DNA of 64,000 nucleotides from Bacteroidales bacterium (GTDB taxonomy: Bacteria > Bacteroidota > Bacteroidia > Bacteroidales > F082), in assembly GCA_045600605.1 (NCBI GenBank), contig JAZRYG010000060.1:17131-81130 (forward strand), written 5' to 3'. Under the pieces are notes generated by a model. That model did no database searches. It saw only the letters and a list, made by a program, of their open reading frames with translations, and was not told where the DNA came from. Below are positions 43,775-52,916 of the stretch, in pieces. The position numbers were made by a program, and so were the translations under genes. Position 1 is the stretch's first letter. Each line of letters starts with the position of its first letter.

Positions 43775-45448
43775 TTACATCAGTTTCTTATACCTGAACC
43801 TCTTCGGCTGCTGGTTGCCGAGACGTTTGATCTTGTTCTCCTCGTATTCCGAATAGCTTCCCTCGAAGAAATATACCTGCGAGTCGCCCTCGAAGGCGAG
43901 GATGTGCGTGGCGATCCTGTCTAAGAACCAGCGGTCGTGCGAGATGACGACGGCGCAACCGGCGAAGTTCTCGAGGCCTTCCTCCAAGGCGCGCAGCGTG
44001 TTGACGTCGATGTCGTTGGTCGGCTCGTCGAGGAGAAGGACGTTGGCTTCCTGTTTCAGTGTCAGGGCGAGGTGCATGCGGTTGCGTTCGCCGCCCGACA
44101 GCACGCCGGCTTTCTTCTGCTGCTGGTCGCCGCCGAAGTTGAAGCGCGACACGTAGGCGCGTGACGGCATGGTGCGTTTGCCCAACTGTATCAATTCGTT
44201 GCCGCCGGAGATGACTTCCCAGACGGTCTTCTCCGGGTCGATGTCGGCGTGTTGCTGGTCAACGTAACCGATTTTCACTGTCTCGCCGACCTCGAAGGTG
44301 CCGGAGTCGGGTTTCTCGAGGCCCATGATCATGCGGAAGAGCGTGGTCTTGCCCGCGCCGTTAGGTCCGATGACGCCGACTATTCCCGCAGGCGGCAGGC
44401 TGAAACTCAGATTTTCGAACAGCACTTTGTCGCCAAACGCCTTGCTGACGTTCTGAACCTCGATGACTTTGTTGCCGAGGCGGTCGCCGTTGGGGATGTA
44501 TATCTCGAGTTTTTCTTCTTTCTCTTTCACGTCTTCGTTGAGCATCTTTTCGTATGACTCAAGACGCGCCTTGCCTTTGGCGTGACGTGCCTTCGGTGCC
44601 ATCCTCACCCATTCGAGTTCGCGTTGGAGTGTCTTGCGGCGTTTGCTCTCTGTCTTCTCTTCCATCGCCATGCGGGCGGTTTTCTGGTCGAGCCAGGAGG
44701 AATAATTGCCTTTCCACGGGATGCCTTCGCCGCGGTCGAGTTCGAGGATCCAGCCGGCGACGTGGTCGAGGAAGTAACGGTCGTGCGTGACGGCGATGAC
44801 GGTGCCTTTGTATTGCTGTAGATGTTTCTCGAGCCAGTCGATGGCCTCGGCGTCGAGGTGGTTGGTGGGTTCGTCGAGCAGGAGGATGTCAGGCTCCTGA
44901 AGGAGGAGACGCACCAAGGCCACGCGGCGACGCTCGCCACCGGATAGGTTTTTCACCAACGCGTCGCCGTCGGGACAGTTGAGGGCGTCCATGGCGCGCT
45001 CGAGCTTGCTGTCGAGGTCCCAGCCATCGTGCTGCTCAATCAACTCGGTCAGCTCGCCTTGACGTTCAATGAGCTTGTCGTAGTCGGCGTCAGGGTCGGC
45101 GAACTTGTTGTTCACCTCTTCGTATTCTTTCAGGAGGTCAACGACTTCCTGCACGCCTTCCTCCACGACCTCCCTCACGGTCTTGGTGTCGTCCAACTGC
45201 GGCTCCTGGTCGAGCATCCCGACGGAATAACCAGGGGAGAAGACGACCTCGCCGTTGTATGCCTTGTCTTTTCCTGCAATGATTTTCAGCAATGTTGACT
45301 TACCCGCGCCGTTCAGACCTATGATGCCTATCTTCGCGCCGTAGAAAAACGAGAGGTAGATGTCTTTCAATATCTGTCGTGACGGCGGGATGATCTTGCT
45401 CACGCCCACCATCGAGAAAATGATTTTCTTGTCGTCTGTCTGTGCCAT
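43775..45448 (-). CDS. ettA: Energy-dependent translational throttle protein EttA (ABC-F ATPase)
   Basis: Two ABC cassettes (GLNGAGKST, LSGGERRRVAL; GPNGAGKTT, LSGGERNRMHL) and no TM domain. 557 aa with a typical EttA N-terminus (IIFSMVGVSK). Confidence 0.9.
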   Translation of the reverse strand: MAQTDDKKIIFSMVGVSKIIPPSRQILKDIYLSFFYGAKIGIIGLNGAGKSTLLKIIAGKDKAYNGEVVFSPGYSVGMLDQEPQLDDTKTVREVVEEGVQEVVDLLKEYEEVNNKFADPDADYDKLIERQGELTELIEQHDGWDLDSKLERAMDALNCPDGDALVKNLSGGERRRVALVRLLLQEPDILLLDEPTNHLDAEAIDWLEKHLQQYKGTVIAVTHDRYFLDHVAGWILELDRGEGIPWKGNYSSWLDQKTARMAMEEKTESKRRKTLQRELEWVRMAPKARHAKGKARLESYEKMLNEDVKEKEEKLEIYIPNGDRLGNKVIEVQNVSKAFGDKVLFENLSFSLPPAGIVGVIGPNGAGKTTLFRMIMGLEKPDSGTFEVGETVKIGYVDQQHADIDPEKTVWEVISGGNELIQLGKRTMPSRAYVSRFNFGGDQQQKKAGVLSGGERNRMHLALTLKQEANVLLLDEPTNDIDVNTLRALEEGLENFAGCAVVISHDRWFLDRIATHILAFEGDSQVYFFEGSYSEYEENKIKRLGNQQPKRFRYKKLM

Positions 45449-45473
45449 ATATAATAATCGTTTCGTTTATCTA

Positions 45474-45498
45474 CGGATATGGAACCGCTACGCGGTTC
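45474..45498 (-). repeat. Intercistronic hairpin module copy C: GAACCGC-GTA-GCGGTTC-CATATCCG
   Basis: Lies between the GT4 gene and ettA, 33 nt before the ATG at 45448. Confidence 0.7.
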
Positions 45499-45546
45499 TC
45501 TTATCTCTCCTCTTTACTCTTTACTCTTTAATCTCTACTCTTTTAT
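45499..45546 (-). repeat. Degenerate purine-rich heptad array (GAGTAGA GATTAAA GAGTAAA GAGTAAA GAGGAGA GATAAGA) spanning the GT4 stop codon
   Basis: Read from the reverse complement. The GT4 stop TAA (45521-45523) lies inside the array, and the hairpin module follows immediately. Confidence 0.7.
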
Positions 45547-46717
45547 CCAAAATCTGGTTCATTGCGTCTTCCATTATCTTTGTCGCCGCGCCCCAGTCGT
45601 AAACACGGCGCACGAAGTCGTAGCCGCGTTGCGCCATCTCGGCTGCCTTGTCTTGATTTTCAAGAAGGTAAATTATGTCGGCGGCGAGTTCGTCGGAGCG
45701 GTTACCCACCAAAAGGTCTTTGCCGTTGACGGCGTTGAGCGAGCCGTTGGCCAATGACGTGGTGATGCAGGGTAGTTTCATCGACATCGCCTCGAGCAGT
45801 TTGTTCTGCAAGCCTGTGCCGATGCGCATCGGGGCGATGAACACGCGGCTCTGCTTGTAGGCGTCGCGCATGTCGTCGATCCAGCCGCTGACTATGATGT
45901 TCTCGTTTGCAGCCAGCCTCACCCTGATGTCGGGTTTCGCGCCGGCGATGTACATCTTCACGTCGGGCAGTCTCTCCCACACTTTCGGCAGAATCTCGTA
46001 CGCGAGGTATTCCACGGCGTTGACGTTGGGCGCGTACGACATGTTTCCGGTGAACACGACATCGTATTTCTTCTCGCAGTCGCACGGCTTATAGTATTCA
46101 TGGTCAACGCCATTGGGTACGATGAGTATCTTTTTCCTGTCGGGATGGTCGATGTCGTTGCGGTCCTGCTCGCTGATGATTGTCTTGACATCGAACTCAT
46201 CGAAGATCTTGCGTTCGTATTTCCTCAACCTGTTGTATTCCATGAAGAAAAACGGCTTGAGAATCAGTCTCGTCGCCTCAGCCCTGCGTTTCATGCCCAT
46301 TGAGAAGACATCTTGGTAGTCAATCGTCTTGGGTGTCTTCTCCTTGTGAAGATACGGTGCGACGCGGAGCAGCTGCCCGAAGAGCATGTCGGGCTTGTGG
46401 TATTCGATGAGTGCGTGGACTTTCTTCTTCGCCTTGGAGTTGTAGAAATAGCCGCATTGCAGGGGCAGGCCGATGAAATAAGAACGTATCAGGTTGAAGA
46501 TGATGCCGCATTTCGGCAGGTCGATGAAGTTCACCGAGGTGCAGAATGGTTGCAGGGCATGGAACGCCGCCTGCTTATCGACCTTCCTGTTGGTGTTCAG
46601 GGCGCAGAGCACAATCTCGTTGTTCTTCGCCAGCTGTCTTATCTGGTTGTACGCCCTCAGCTTGTCGCCTTTCTCTAACGGCCACGGGATTCTTGGCAAA
46701 AGTACAAATATCTTCAT
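45521..46717 (-). CDS. Glycosyltransferase family 4 (GT-B fold)
   Basis: The C-terminal half contains the E-x7-E-type region (GTGLQNKLLEAMSMKLPCITT). Confidence 0.8.
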   Translation of the reverse strand: MKIFVLLPRIPWPLEKGDKLRAYNQIRQLAKNNEIVLCALNTNRKVDKQAAFHALQPFCTSVNFIDLPKCGIIFNLIRSYFIGLPLQCGYFYNSKAKKKVHALIEYHKPDMLFGQLLRVAPYLHKEKTPKTIDYQDVFSMGMKRRAEATRLILKPFFFMEYNRLRKYERKIFDEFDVKTIISEQDRNDIDHPDRKKILIVPNGVDHEYYKPCDCEKKYDVVFTGNMSYAPNVNAVEYLAYEILPKVWERLPDVKMYIAGAKPDIRVRLAANENIIVSGWIDDMRDAYKQSRVFIAPMRIGTGLQNKLLEAMSMKLPCITTSLANGSLNAVNGKDLLVGNRSDELAADIIYLLENQDKAAEMAQRGYDFVRRVYDWGAATKIMEDAMNQILDKRVEIKE

Positions 46718-46729
46718 TCTTTCAGTTTG

Positions 46730-48001
46730 TCATTCGTAAGATTTGTCATCAGGCACACTGCGGCTTGTCTCTGCAATCTGTCCTTTTAACTCTGTTATCG
46801 TTCTCTTCGATTTCAATTCATTGTAGAACAGCAGCAGTCTGTTGATGATTTTCTTTTTGTCATAAAGTGCCTCGATGAGTTTCCGCGCGTTGCGTCCGAT
46901 TTGTTCGGCCTCATCGGGATGTTGGAACATGCGGCACAGCGCCTCAACCATCTGTGCGGAGTTTTCAGCTATTATCACATCTTCCCATTCGGTGTATTGG
47001 ATGCCTTCGGCGCCCACGATGGTCGTGATGACAGGTTTTCCCAGCGCCATCGACTCGATGATTTTTATGCGCATCCCGCTTCCTGAAAGCAACGGCACGA
47101 CGGCTATGTCATGCTGTCGCACGAACTCCTTGGCGTCGGGCACCTCGCCGACCACCACCACGTTTTTCTTTTTCGTCTTGAGAAGCCATTTGGGCATGTT
47201 TCTTCCGGCGAGGTACAGCTTCGCGTCGGGGATCCTCGCAAGCACGGTGTCCCACACATTATCGAGGAACCACCTGATGGCCTCGTTGTTAGGCATCCAG
47301 TTCATCGAGCCGATGTGATAAAATGTCGGCGACGGTTTCACCACGGAGTCGGCTTCGAACTTGTCGATGTCAACGCCGAAGGGCACGTCGATGACGGGCG
47401 TCGCCGAGATGCCGCGGAAGAAAGCGGCGTCGTGGTATGTTATGGCGGCGATGCCGTCAACCTTGTCGATGACGCTCAGCTCATAGTTCTTCAGTGTACG
47501 AGCCAAGTGGTTGATATACCATCTCTTAAGGAAGAAACGTGTCTTCTTCGCTATCCTCTCCCAGATCTGGTGTTCGATGTTATGGGTGCGGAGCACTATC
47601 GTCGCATCGGAATGTTTACGGATGACGTCGATGTACGGCGCCATGTATATCATCTCGAGTTGCACGATGTCAAATGTCTCATTGTCAAGTATCTTTGTCA
47701 GTTTCTCGGCGTATGTCTGCGAGATGAAGCGTTGGACGTGATACGATTCATCCGAGAACAGGTTCTTGAAGGCGGCTGCCGGTGAGATCTTCAGGTTCAC
47801 GTCAACGAACTCGATGCGGGTGGACTCTCTGTAACCCTTCGGGATGTCGTTGAGGTCCACATGATATTTCTCGCTGTTGAAAGCGAGGACCTTCACTTTA
47901 TGACCTGCCTCAATCAGTCCCGTGATGATGCTGTTCATCGCCATCGGACCGCCTTCGCTTGGCGGGAAAGGGGACTTGTTGCAGAGTACTAATATATTCA
48001 T
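46730..48001 (-). CDS. Glycosyltransferase family 4/1 (GT-B fold)
   Basis: N-terminal GGPMAMNSII..., C-terminal SGSGMRIKIIESMALGKPVITT. Confidence 0.8.
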   Translation of the reverse strand: MNILVLCNKSPFPPSEGGPMAMNSIITGLIEAGHKVKVLAFNSEKYHVDLNDIPKGYRESTRIEFVDVNLKISPAAAFKNLFSDESYHVQRFISQTYAEKLTKILDNETFDIVQLEMIYMAPYIDVIRKHSDATIVLRTHNIEHQIWERIAKKTRFFLKRWYINHLARTLKNYELSVIDKVDGIAAITYHDAAFFRGISATPVIDVPFGVDIDKFEADSVVKPSPTFYHIGSMNWMPNNEAIRWFLDNVWDTVLARIPDAKLYLAGRNMPKWLLKTKKKNVVVVGEVPDAKEFVRQHDIAVVPLLSGSGMRIKIIESMALGKPVITTIVGAEGIQYTEWEDVIIAENSAQMVEALCRMFQHPDEAEQIGRNARKLIEALYDKKKIINRLLLFYNELKSKRTITELKGQIAETSRSVPDDKSYE

Positions 48002-48011
48002 CTCTAAAGTG

Positions 48012-49487
48012 TTAAGGGTTTACAATTGTGTTGTCGGCCTTGGTTTTCTTCATGAAGAACTTCTTCCACGACTCCATGTCGAGCAGTGCCGAGTCAGTGG
48101 TGGCCTTGAATGTCAGGAAGAACCCTATCGGGAAGAGCACTATCGAGGAGAGCCATGAGCCGAGGAACACCGGCATGTCGCCCGCTTCGGCGACACGTTG
48201 CGAGGTGATTGTGATGACGTAATATATCACGAAGAAGACGACGCTGACGACGACAGGCATCCCGAGCCCGCCCTTGCGGATGATGGCACCGAGCGGCGCG
48301 CCGATGAAGAAAAACAGCAGACACGCCACGCTGAGCGTGAATTTCTCATGCAAGACACGCTCGTGCTTCCTTATGTTGATGCTTTTTCTGGTGAAGTCTT
48401 TCACGCTGTACGTTATGTTATCCCTCGCGTTTGTCGCCGAGCTGACAGCCATCTCTATCATGGTGCCGCGCTCATGGTCTTTGAAGTTGCTCAGCAAAGG
48501 CCAGTTGAAGACCGCTATCGTGTCGGCTGACAGGGTGTCGTTCCGCCTTTTCGCCGCCTTCTTGTCGAGCCGTTGGTACGACTCCACCGGTGATGTCAGA
48601 TTGCGGTATCTGTTGTAAGTGTTGTTGGTGAAGACCTCCTTGTCGTTGGCTAACATCTTGTTCAACGAGTCGATGGAGTAATTCAACTGCCTGATGTTCA
48701 TCATGTCTTGATGCGACTTGAACGACTCCTCGTCGGTGTGGCCAAGGTCGAACTGCGACATGTCGAAGGTGAACAGCTGCCTCTTGAACGACATCTTCTG
48801 GAATGGTCGGCGGTCGCGGTAGTCCTTGTCTTCAATGACTTCGCTGTAGTTATAGCCGTCGTACAGCGTGAATATCATTTCGCGTTGGCTCATGCTCATC
48901 GCCATGTAGCCCGAGTCGGCGACGGTGACCATCGTGTTGCCTTTGTTGTCGGTATGGTCGTAAATCATGACGTCGTACAGCGTCTTGCCGTCATCGCCTT
49001 TCTTCCCGACACGTATCACGTATTTGTCGATGCCGCGGTAGAACACGCCTTCCGGAATCTCAAGGGTCATCTTCTTGTGTGAGACATCATAAAGCAGCGA
49101 CGACATCTTCAGCTGTGCCACAGGCAGCACGTTGTTTGAGAAAAGAAACGCCATGAAGCTCATCACAATGGAGAAAAACAGCAACGGACGCATCACCTTC
49201 CACACCGAGATGCCGCTTGCCTTCATCGCCACGAGCTCGTAGTATTCACCCATGTTGCCGAAGCACATCAGCGAGGAAAGCAGAATTGCGAGAGGCAAGG
49301 CCATAGGCACAAACGTCACCGAGGTGTAAAACAACAGCTTCGCCATCACGCTGATTTCCAATCCCTTGCCAATGAAATCCTCAATCCATTGCCACAGAAA
49401 CTGCATCAGCAGAATGAAAATCGCGACGACAAACGTGAAGATAAACGTGCCGATATACTGCTTAATGATATATTTGTATAGTCTCAT
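48012..49487 (-). CDS. LptF/LptG (YjgP/YjgQ) family LPS export permease
   Basis: Starts MRLYKYIIKQYIGTFIFTFVV... at 49487, 16 nt after the CAAATATA box. 6 TM helices with a large periplasmic loop. The 101 upstream codons in the track are rejected. Confidence 0.8.
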   Translation of the reverse strand: MRLYKYIIKQYIGTFIFTFVVAIFILLMQFLWQWIEDFIGKGLEISVMAKLLFYTSVTFVPMALPLAILLSSLMCFGNMGEYYELVAMKASGISVWKVMRPLLFFSIVMSFMAFLFSNNVLPVAQLKMSSLLYDVSHKKMTLEIPEGVFYRGIDKYVIRVGKKGDDGKTLYDVMIYDHTDNKGNTMVTVADSGYMAMSMSQREMIFTLYDGYNYSEVIEDKDYRDRRPFQKMSFKRQLFTFDMSQFDLGHTDEESFKSHQDMMNIRQLNYSIDSLNKMLANDKEVFTNNTYNRYRNLTSPVESYQRLDKKAAKRRNDTLSADTIAVFNWPLLSNFKDHERGTMIEMAVSSATNARDNITYSVKDFTRKSINIRKHERVLHEKFTLSVACLLFFFIGAPLGAIIRKGGLGMPVVVSVVFFVIYYVITITSQRVAEAGDMPVFLGSWLSSIVLFPIGFFLTFKATTDSALLDMESWKKFFMKKTKADNTIVNP

Positions 49488-49502
49488 CTCAAAAATAAGC
49501 TG

Positions 49503-49510
49503 CAAATATA
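49503..49510 (-). promoter_or_regulatory. -7 promoter box TATATTTG for the LptF/G-GT-GT cluster
   Basis: CAAATATA on the + strand, 15 nt upstream of the ATG at 49487. Confidence 0.5.
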
Positions 49511-49583
49511 ACGCTTTTATCTTTATATAATTATCAAAAACGAAAAAAATCCTCGGAGAAGGCTGCGGATATGGAATTAATAG

Positions 49584-49591
49584 TATTTTTG
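49584..49591 (+). promoter_or_regulatory. -7 promoter box TATTTTTG for the first YafQ TA pair
   Basis: Exact TAnnTTTG, 14 nt upstream of the ATG at 49606. Confidence 0.5.
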
Positions 49592-49605
49592 CAAAAAAAA
49601 TCAGA

Positions 49606-49803
49606 ATGATGACAACGATATTGTTAAAATACGATGAAAATAACAGCCTGGCACAAAAGGCTATTGAACTTATTAAAGAAATGAAGATTTTTATGATTGA
49701 AGAATCCATGAACGAGTTAGATAAGGCAATGAAGGAAGCTAAAGAAGGAAAAACCACAAAATGCAAGGATTTTGATGACTTTTTGAACAAAATTAACGAA
49801 TGA
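49606..49803 (+). CDS. Antitoxin partner of YafQ-type toxin
   Basis: 65 aa with a TATTTTTG box 15 nt upstream. The stop overlaps the toxin ATG. The C-terminus (EAKEGKTTKCKDFDDF) parallels the antitoxin at 60409-60615 (EAGRVTEWESIDAMF). Confidence 0.6.
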   Translation: MMTTILLKYDENNSLAQKAIELIKEMKIFMIEESMNELDKAMKEAKEGKTTKCKDFDDFLNKINE

Positions 49804-50075
49804 TGTACGGAATCGAATACACCAATATTTTTAAGAAATCTTATAAACGAGCGATAAAACGAGGACTTCCAATCAATGAACTACTTGATGTCATCCATAA
49901 GTTGGCAAACGAAGAAAAACTTGAAGAAAAATTCAGGGACCATGCCTTGACAGGCAATTATGATGGATGCAGAGAATGTCATATCCGACCGGATTGGTTG
50001 CTGATATACGAAAAAAAAGAATCAATCAAGATTTTGGTCTTAATCAACACAGGCTCACATTCTGATTTCTTTTAA
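49800..50075 (+). CDS. YafQ/RelE-family mRNA interferase toxin
   Basis: ...HALTGNYDGCRECHIRPDWLLIYEKKESIKILVLINTGSHSDFF is the YafQ signature, including the C-terminal GSHSDxF. Confidence 0.85.
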   Translation: MMYGIEYTNIFKKSYKRAIKRGLPINELLDVIHKLANEEKLEEKFRDHALTGNYDGCRECHIRPDWLLIYEKKESIKILVLINTGSHSDFF

Positions 50076-50140
50076 AAAAGTAAGACTGTGTCGCGCTGGT
50101 TCAGCGCATTTTTTTTGAAGTCTCATGTTTGATTTTTCCA

Positions 50141-50148
50141 TATTTTTG
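50141..50148 (+). promoter_or_regulatory. -7 promoter box TATTTTTG for the small PAS-like gene
   Basis: Exact TAnnTTTG, 23 nt upstream of the ATG at 50172. Confidence 0.5.
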
Positions 50149-50171
50149 CAAAAAAATAAAACTCTGAAAAC

Positions 50172-50492
50172 ATGAATTTCGACTATTACAAATCAATAAA
50201 CGTCAGCATCACCATTTGCGATACTGAAGGAATCGTTGTCTATCAGAATGACAAGTCGCTCGCAACGTTCGGCGACAAGGTCGGGCAGAGCATGATGCCG
50301 TGCCATCAGCAGCGGTCGCAAGACATAATACATCATCTTTTGGACGATGCCGCAACGAATGTATATACCATTGACAAAAAAGGAGTTAAGAAAATGATTT
50401 ACCAGACCCCGTGGTTCGACGGCGGCGTGGTGAAAGGTCTCATTGAGTTCTCGATGGTGCTGCCGGAAGAGATGCCGCACTACGTGAGGTGA
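50172..50492 (+). CDS. Small PAS-fold-like protein (function unknown)
   Basis: 106 aa with a TATTTTTG box 24 nt upstream. ITICDTEGIVVYQND...MMPCH... resembles single-domain PAS sensors. This is a weak call. Confidence 0.45.
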   Translation: MNFDYYKSINVSITICDTEGIVVYQNDKSLATFGDKVGQSMMPCHQQRSQDIIHHLLDDAATNVYTIDKKGVKKMIYQTPWFDGGVVKGLIEFSMVLPEEMPHYVR

Positions 50493-50493
50493 T

Positions 50494-50603
50494 AGTAAAG
50501 TTCAAAAGTTTATAAAGCGAAAAGTGCGCAAAGCGTCGTTGGCTTATTTCTAAAAATACCAAGAGTCGCGTCGCGCACTTTAAAAACTTTATGACTTTCT
50601 ACT
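50494..50603. terminator. Bidirectional terminator candidate between the convergent PAS-like gene and ackA
   Basis: AAAGTGCGC (50521-50529) pairs with GCGCACTTT (50573-50581). Flanking A/T-rich words (ATAAAG / CTTTAT, AGTAAAGT / ACTTTCTACT) extend the pairing imperfectly. Confidence 0.5.
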
Positions 50604-51801
50604 TTCTAACTAAATCGAAAGTGTCTTTGGCTATCATGTATTCCTCATCTGTAGGATACACTACGACTTTCACCTTTGAGTCGGGTGTCGAGATGACGGC
50701 TGCGTCGCCCATGATGGTCTGGTTGAGAGTCTTGTCGTATTTTATCCCGAGGAACTCCATGTTGTCGAGTATGGCTTCGCGCATGAACCATGCGTTCTCG
50801 CCGATGCCGCCTGTCATCACGAGGACGTCCATGCCGTTCATGATGGCGGCGTACGCGCCGATGTATTTCTTGACGCGGTGTGCGAACATGTTGAATGCGT
50901 AGGTGCAGCGTTCGTCGCCTGCGTCGCGGCCGGCGCGGACGTCACGCATGTCCTGCGAGTTGCCGGTGATGCCGATGAGACCCGATTTCTTGTTCACCAA
51001 CGTGTTCATCTCCTTTGTGCTGTATCCGGTCTTGTCCATGATGTACATGAACGCGCCGAGGTCGAGGTCGCCGGTGCGGCTGCCCATCACGAGGCCTTCG
51101 ACGGGTGTGAAGCCCATTGACGTCTCCACCGACTTGGCGTTTTCGACCGCCGCTATCGACGCGCCGCTGCCGAGGTGGCAGGTGACGATTTTGCAGTTGT
51201 TCCAGTCCATGCCGACGTATGCGGCGGCTTTCTCGGCCACGAACTTGTGGCTTGTGCCGTGGAATCCGTAGCGGCGGACGCGGTATTTCTCGTAGTATTC
51301 AAACGGCACTGCGTAGAGGTAAGCCTCCGGTGGCATTGTGGCGTGGAAAGAGGTATCGAACACTGCTGCCATCGGGATGCCCGGAAGAACCTCTTGCATC
51401 GCGGCGATGCCCTGCAAGCTGCCCGGATTGTGCAGCGGGGCGAGGTCGCAGAGGTCTTTGATGCCATGGATGACCTCGTCGTTGATGCGGACGCTCTTGG
51501 TGAACTTCTCGCCGCCGTGAGCCACGCGGTGACCGACAGCGTTGATCTCGTCCAACGACTTGATGACACCGTATTCGGCGTTCGTCAATGCCGCAAGTAC
51601 GATCTTGATGCCTTCCGTGTGGTTCGGGATGGGAAGCTGTTCGTAGTGTTTCTGGCCGTTCCATTTGTGAGTGAACTCGCCCATCTCGAGGCCGATGCGC
51701 TCGAGAAGGCCTTTCGCCAATACTGAGTGATTCTTTTCGTCCATCTCAATCAGCTGGTATTTGATTGACGATGAACCGCAGTTTAAAACTAATATCTTCA
51801 T
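50599..51801 (-). CDS. ackA: Acetate kinase
   Basis: MKILVLNCGSSSIKYQL, VGHRVAHGG, RRYGFHGTSH and the TCHLGSGASI motifs. Confidence 0.95.
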   Translation of the reverse strand: MKILVLNCGSSSIKYQLIEMDEKNHSVLAKGLLERIGLEMGEFTHKWNGQKHYEQLPIPNHTEGIKIVLAALTNAEYGVIKSLDEINAVGHRVAHGGEKFTKSVRINDEVIHGIKDLCDLAPLHNPGSLQGIAAMQEVLPGIPMAAVFDTSFHATMPPEAYLYAVPFEYYEKYRVRRYGFHGTSHKFVAEKAAAYVGMDWNNCKIVTCHLGSGASIAAVENAKSVETSMGFTPVEGLVMGSRTGDLDLGAFMYIMDKTGYSTKEMNTLVNKKSGLIGITGNSQDMRDVRAGRDAGDERCTYAFNMFAHRVKKYIGAYAAIMNGMDVLVMTGGIGENAWFMREAILDNMEFLGIKYDKTLNQTIMGDAAVISTPDSKVKVVVYPTDEEYMIAKDTFDLVRK

Positions 51802-51812
51802 GTTATGATAAA

Positions 51813-52823
51813 TTATTGTTTCTGAGCTATTGCCTGGTTACATGTGATTGCGACGAGTTTATAGACATCGTCGATTGAGCAGCCGCGGCTGAGGTCGTTG
51901 CACGGCTTCGCGAGACCTTGGAGGACAGGGCCGACGGCTTCGGCGCCGGCGAGACGCTGGACGAGTTTGTAGGCGATGTTGCCGACTTCGAGGCACGGGA
52001 ACACGAGGGTGTTGGCTTTGCCTGCGACCTTGCTGCCCGGGGCCTTGCTTGAGCCCACCGACGGCACGATGGCGGCGTCGGCCTGAAGCTCGCCGTCAAG
52101 AAGGAGGTCGGGACGGCGTTCCTGCGCGATGTTGGTGGCTTCGATGACTTTGTCAACGACTTCATGTTTCGCTGAGCCTTTTGTCGAGAAGCTGAGTATC
52201 GCCACTGCCGGGTCGATCTTGGCGATGTTCTTCGCGGTGTCGGCGGTGCAGATGGCTATCTCGGCGAGCTGTTCGGCTGTCGGCATCGGAGTGACGGCGC
52301 AGTCGGCGAACACCATCTTCCCGTCGGTGCCGTAAGGGCAGCCTTCCGGGAGGAACATGATGAACGCGCCGGAGACGCAGCTCACGCCCGGTACTGTCTT
52401 GATGATCTGGAGCGCGGGACGGAGCATGTCGCCCGTGGTGCTGCGCGCGCCGCTGACGAGGCCGTCGGCCTCACCCGCCTTGACGAGCAGGATGCCGAGG
52501 TACATGAAGTTCTCGGCGAGACCTTCCGCCTGTTCCATCGTCATGCCTTTGTTCTTGCGGATCTCGTAAAGCATCTCCGCGTATTTCTGTCTGTCGGGGT
52601 TGTTCTTCGGGTCGATGATGCGGGCCTTGCCGATGTTTTTCAGCCCGAACTCCGCCGTCATGTCGGCGATTTTCTGTGCCGGCCCGATGAGTATCACGTC
52701 GGCGATGCCGTCGGCGATGATGCGGTCGGCGGCCTTCAATGTTCTTGGTTCGTCGCCTTCAGGGAGGACGATGCGCTGTTTTTTAGCCTGCGCGTTGGCT
52801 ATAATCTGTTCAATGAGTCCCAT
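51813..52823 (-). CDS. pta: Phosphate acetyltransferase
   Basis: 336 aa short-form Pta (RIVLPEGDEPR...; SGA.STTGD...; LSRGCS). Directly upstream of ackA. Confidence 0.9.
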   Translation of the reverse strand: MGLIEQIIANAQAKKQRIVLPEGDEPRTLKAADRIIADGIADVILIGPAQKIADMTAEFGLKNIGKARIIDPKNNPDRQKYAEMLYEIRKNKGMTMEQAEGLAENFMYLGILLVKAGEADGLVSGARSTTGDMLRPALQIIKTVPGVSCVSGAFIMFLPEGCPYGTDGKMVFADCAVTPMPTAEQLAEIAICTADTAKNIAKIDPAVAILSFSTKGSAKHEVVDKVIEATNIAQERRPDLLLDGELQADAAIVPSVGSSKAPGSKVAGKANTLVFPCLEVGNIAYKLVQRLAGAEAVGPVLQGLAKPCNDLSRGCSIDDVYKLVAITCNQAIAQKQ

Positions 52824-52857
52824 TATTTTAAAAATTTAAGTGTCTTTTTTAATTTTG

Positions 52858-52865
52858 CAAAAATA
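52858..52865 (-). promoter_or_regulatory. -7 promoter box TATTTTTG for pta-ackA
   Basis: CAAAAATA on the + strand, 34 nt upstream of the ATG at 52823. Confidence 0.5.
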
Positions 52866-52898
52866 CAAATCTTATCCGAATAATAAAAAAAAATTAGA

Positions 52899-52906
52899 TA
52901 TTTTTG
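52899..52906 (+). promoter_or_regulatory. -7 promoter box TATTTTTG for the DUF4271/hemD-like/rnpA/yidD cluster
   Basis: Exact TAnnTTTG, 10 nt upstream of the ATG at 52917. Confidence 0.5.
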
Positions 52907-52916
52907 CAAATCAAAA

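Noticed and set aside
49488-49790. 101-codon upstream extension of the LptF/G ORF, and the similar extensions at 57811-57960 (polyprenyl synthase), 54337-54462 (rnpA), 39110-39310 (yqaA-like) and 21164-21223 (purE).
   Set aside because: The extensions run through promoter boxes or neighbouring genes, or lack membrane or family features. Conserved N-termini start at the internal codons used in the feature list.
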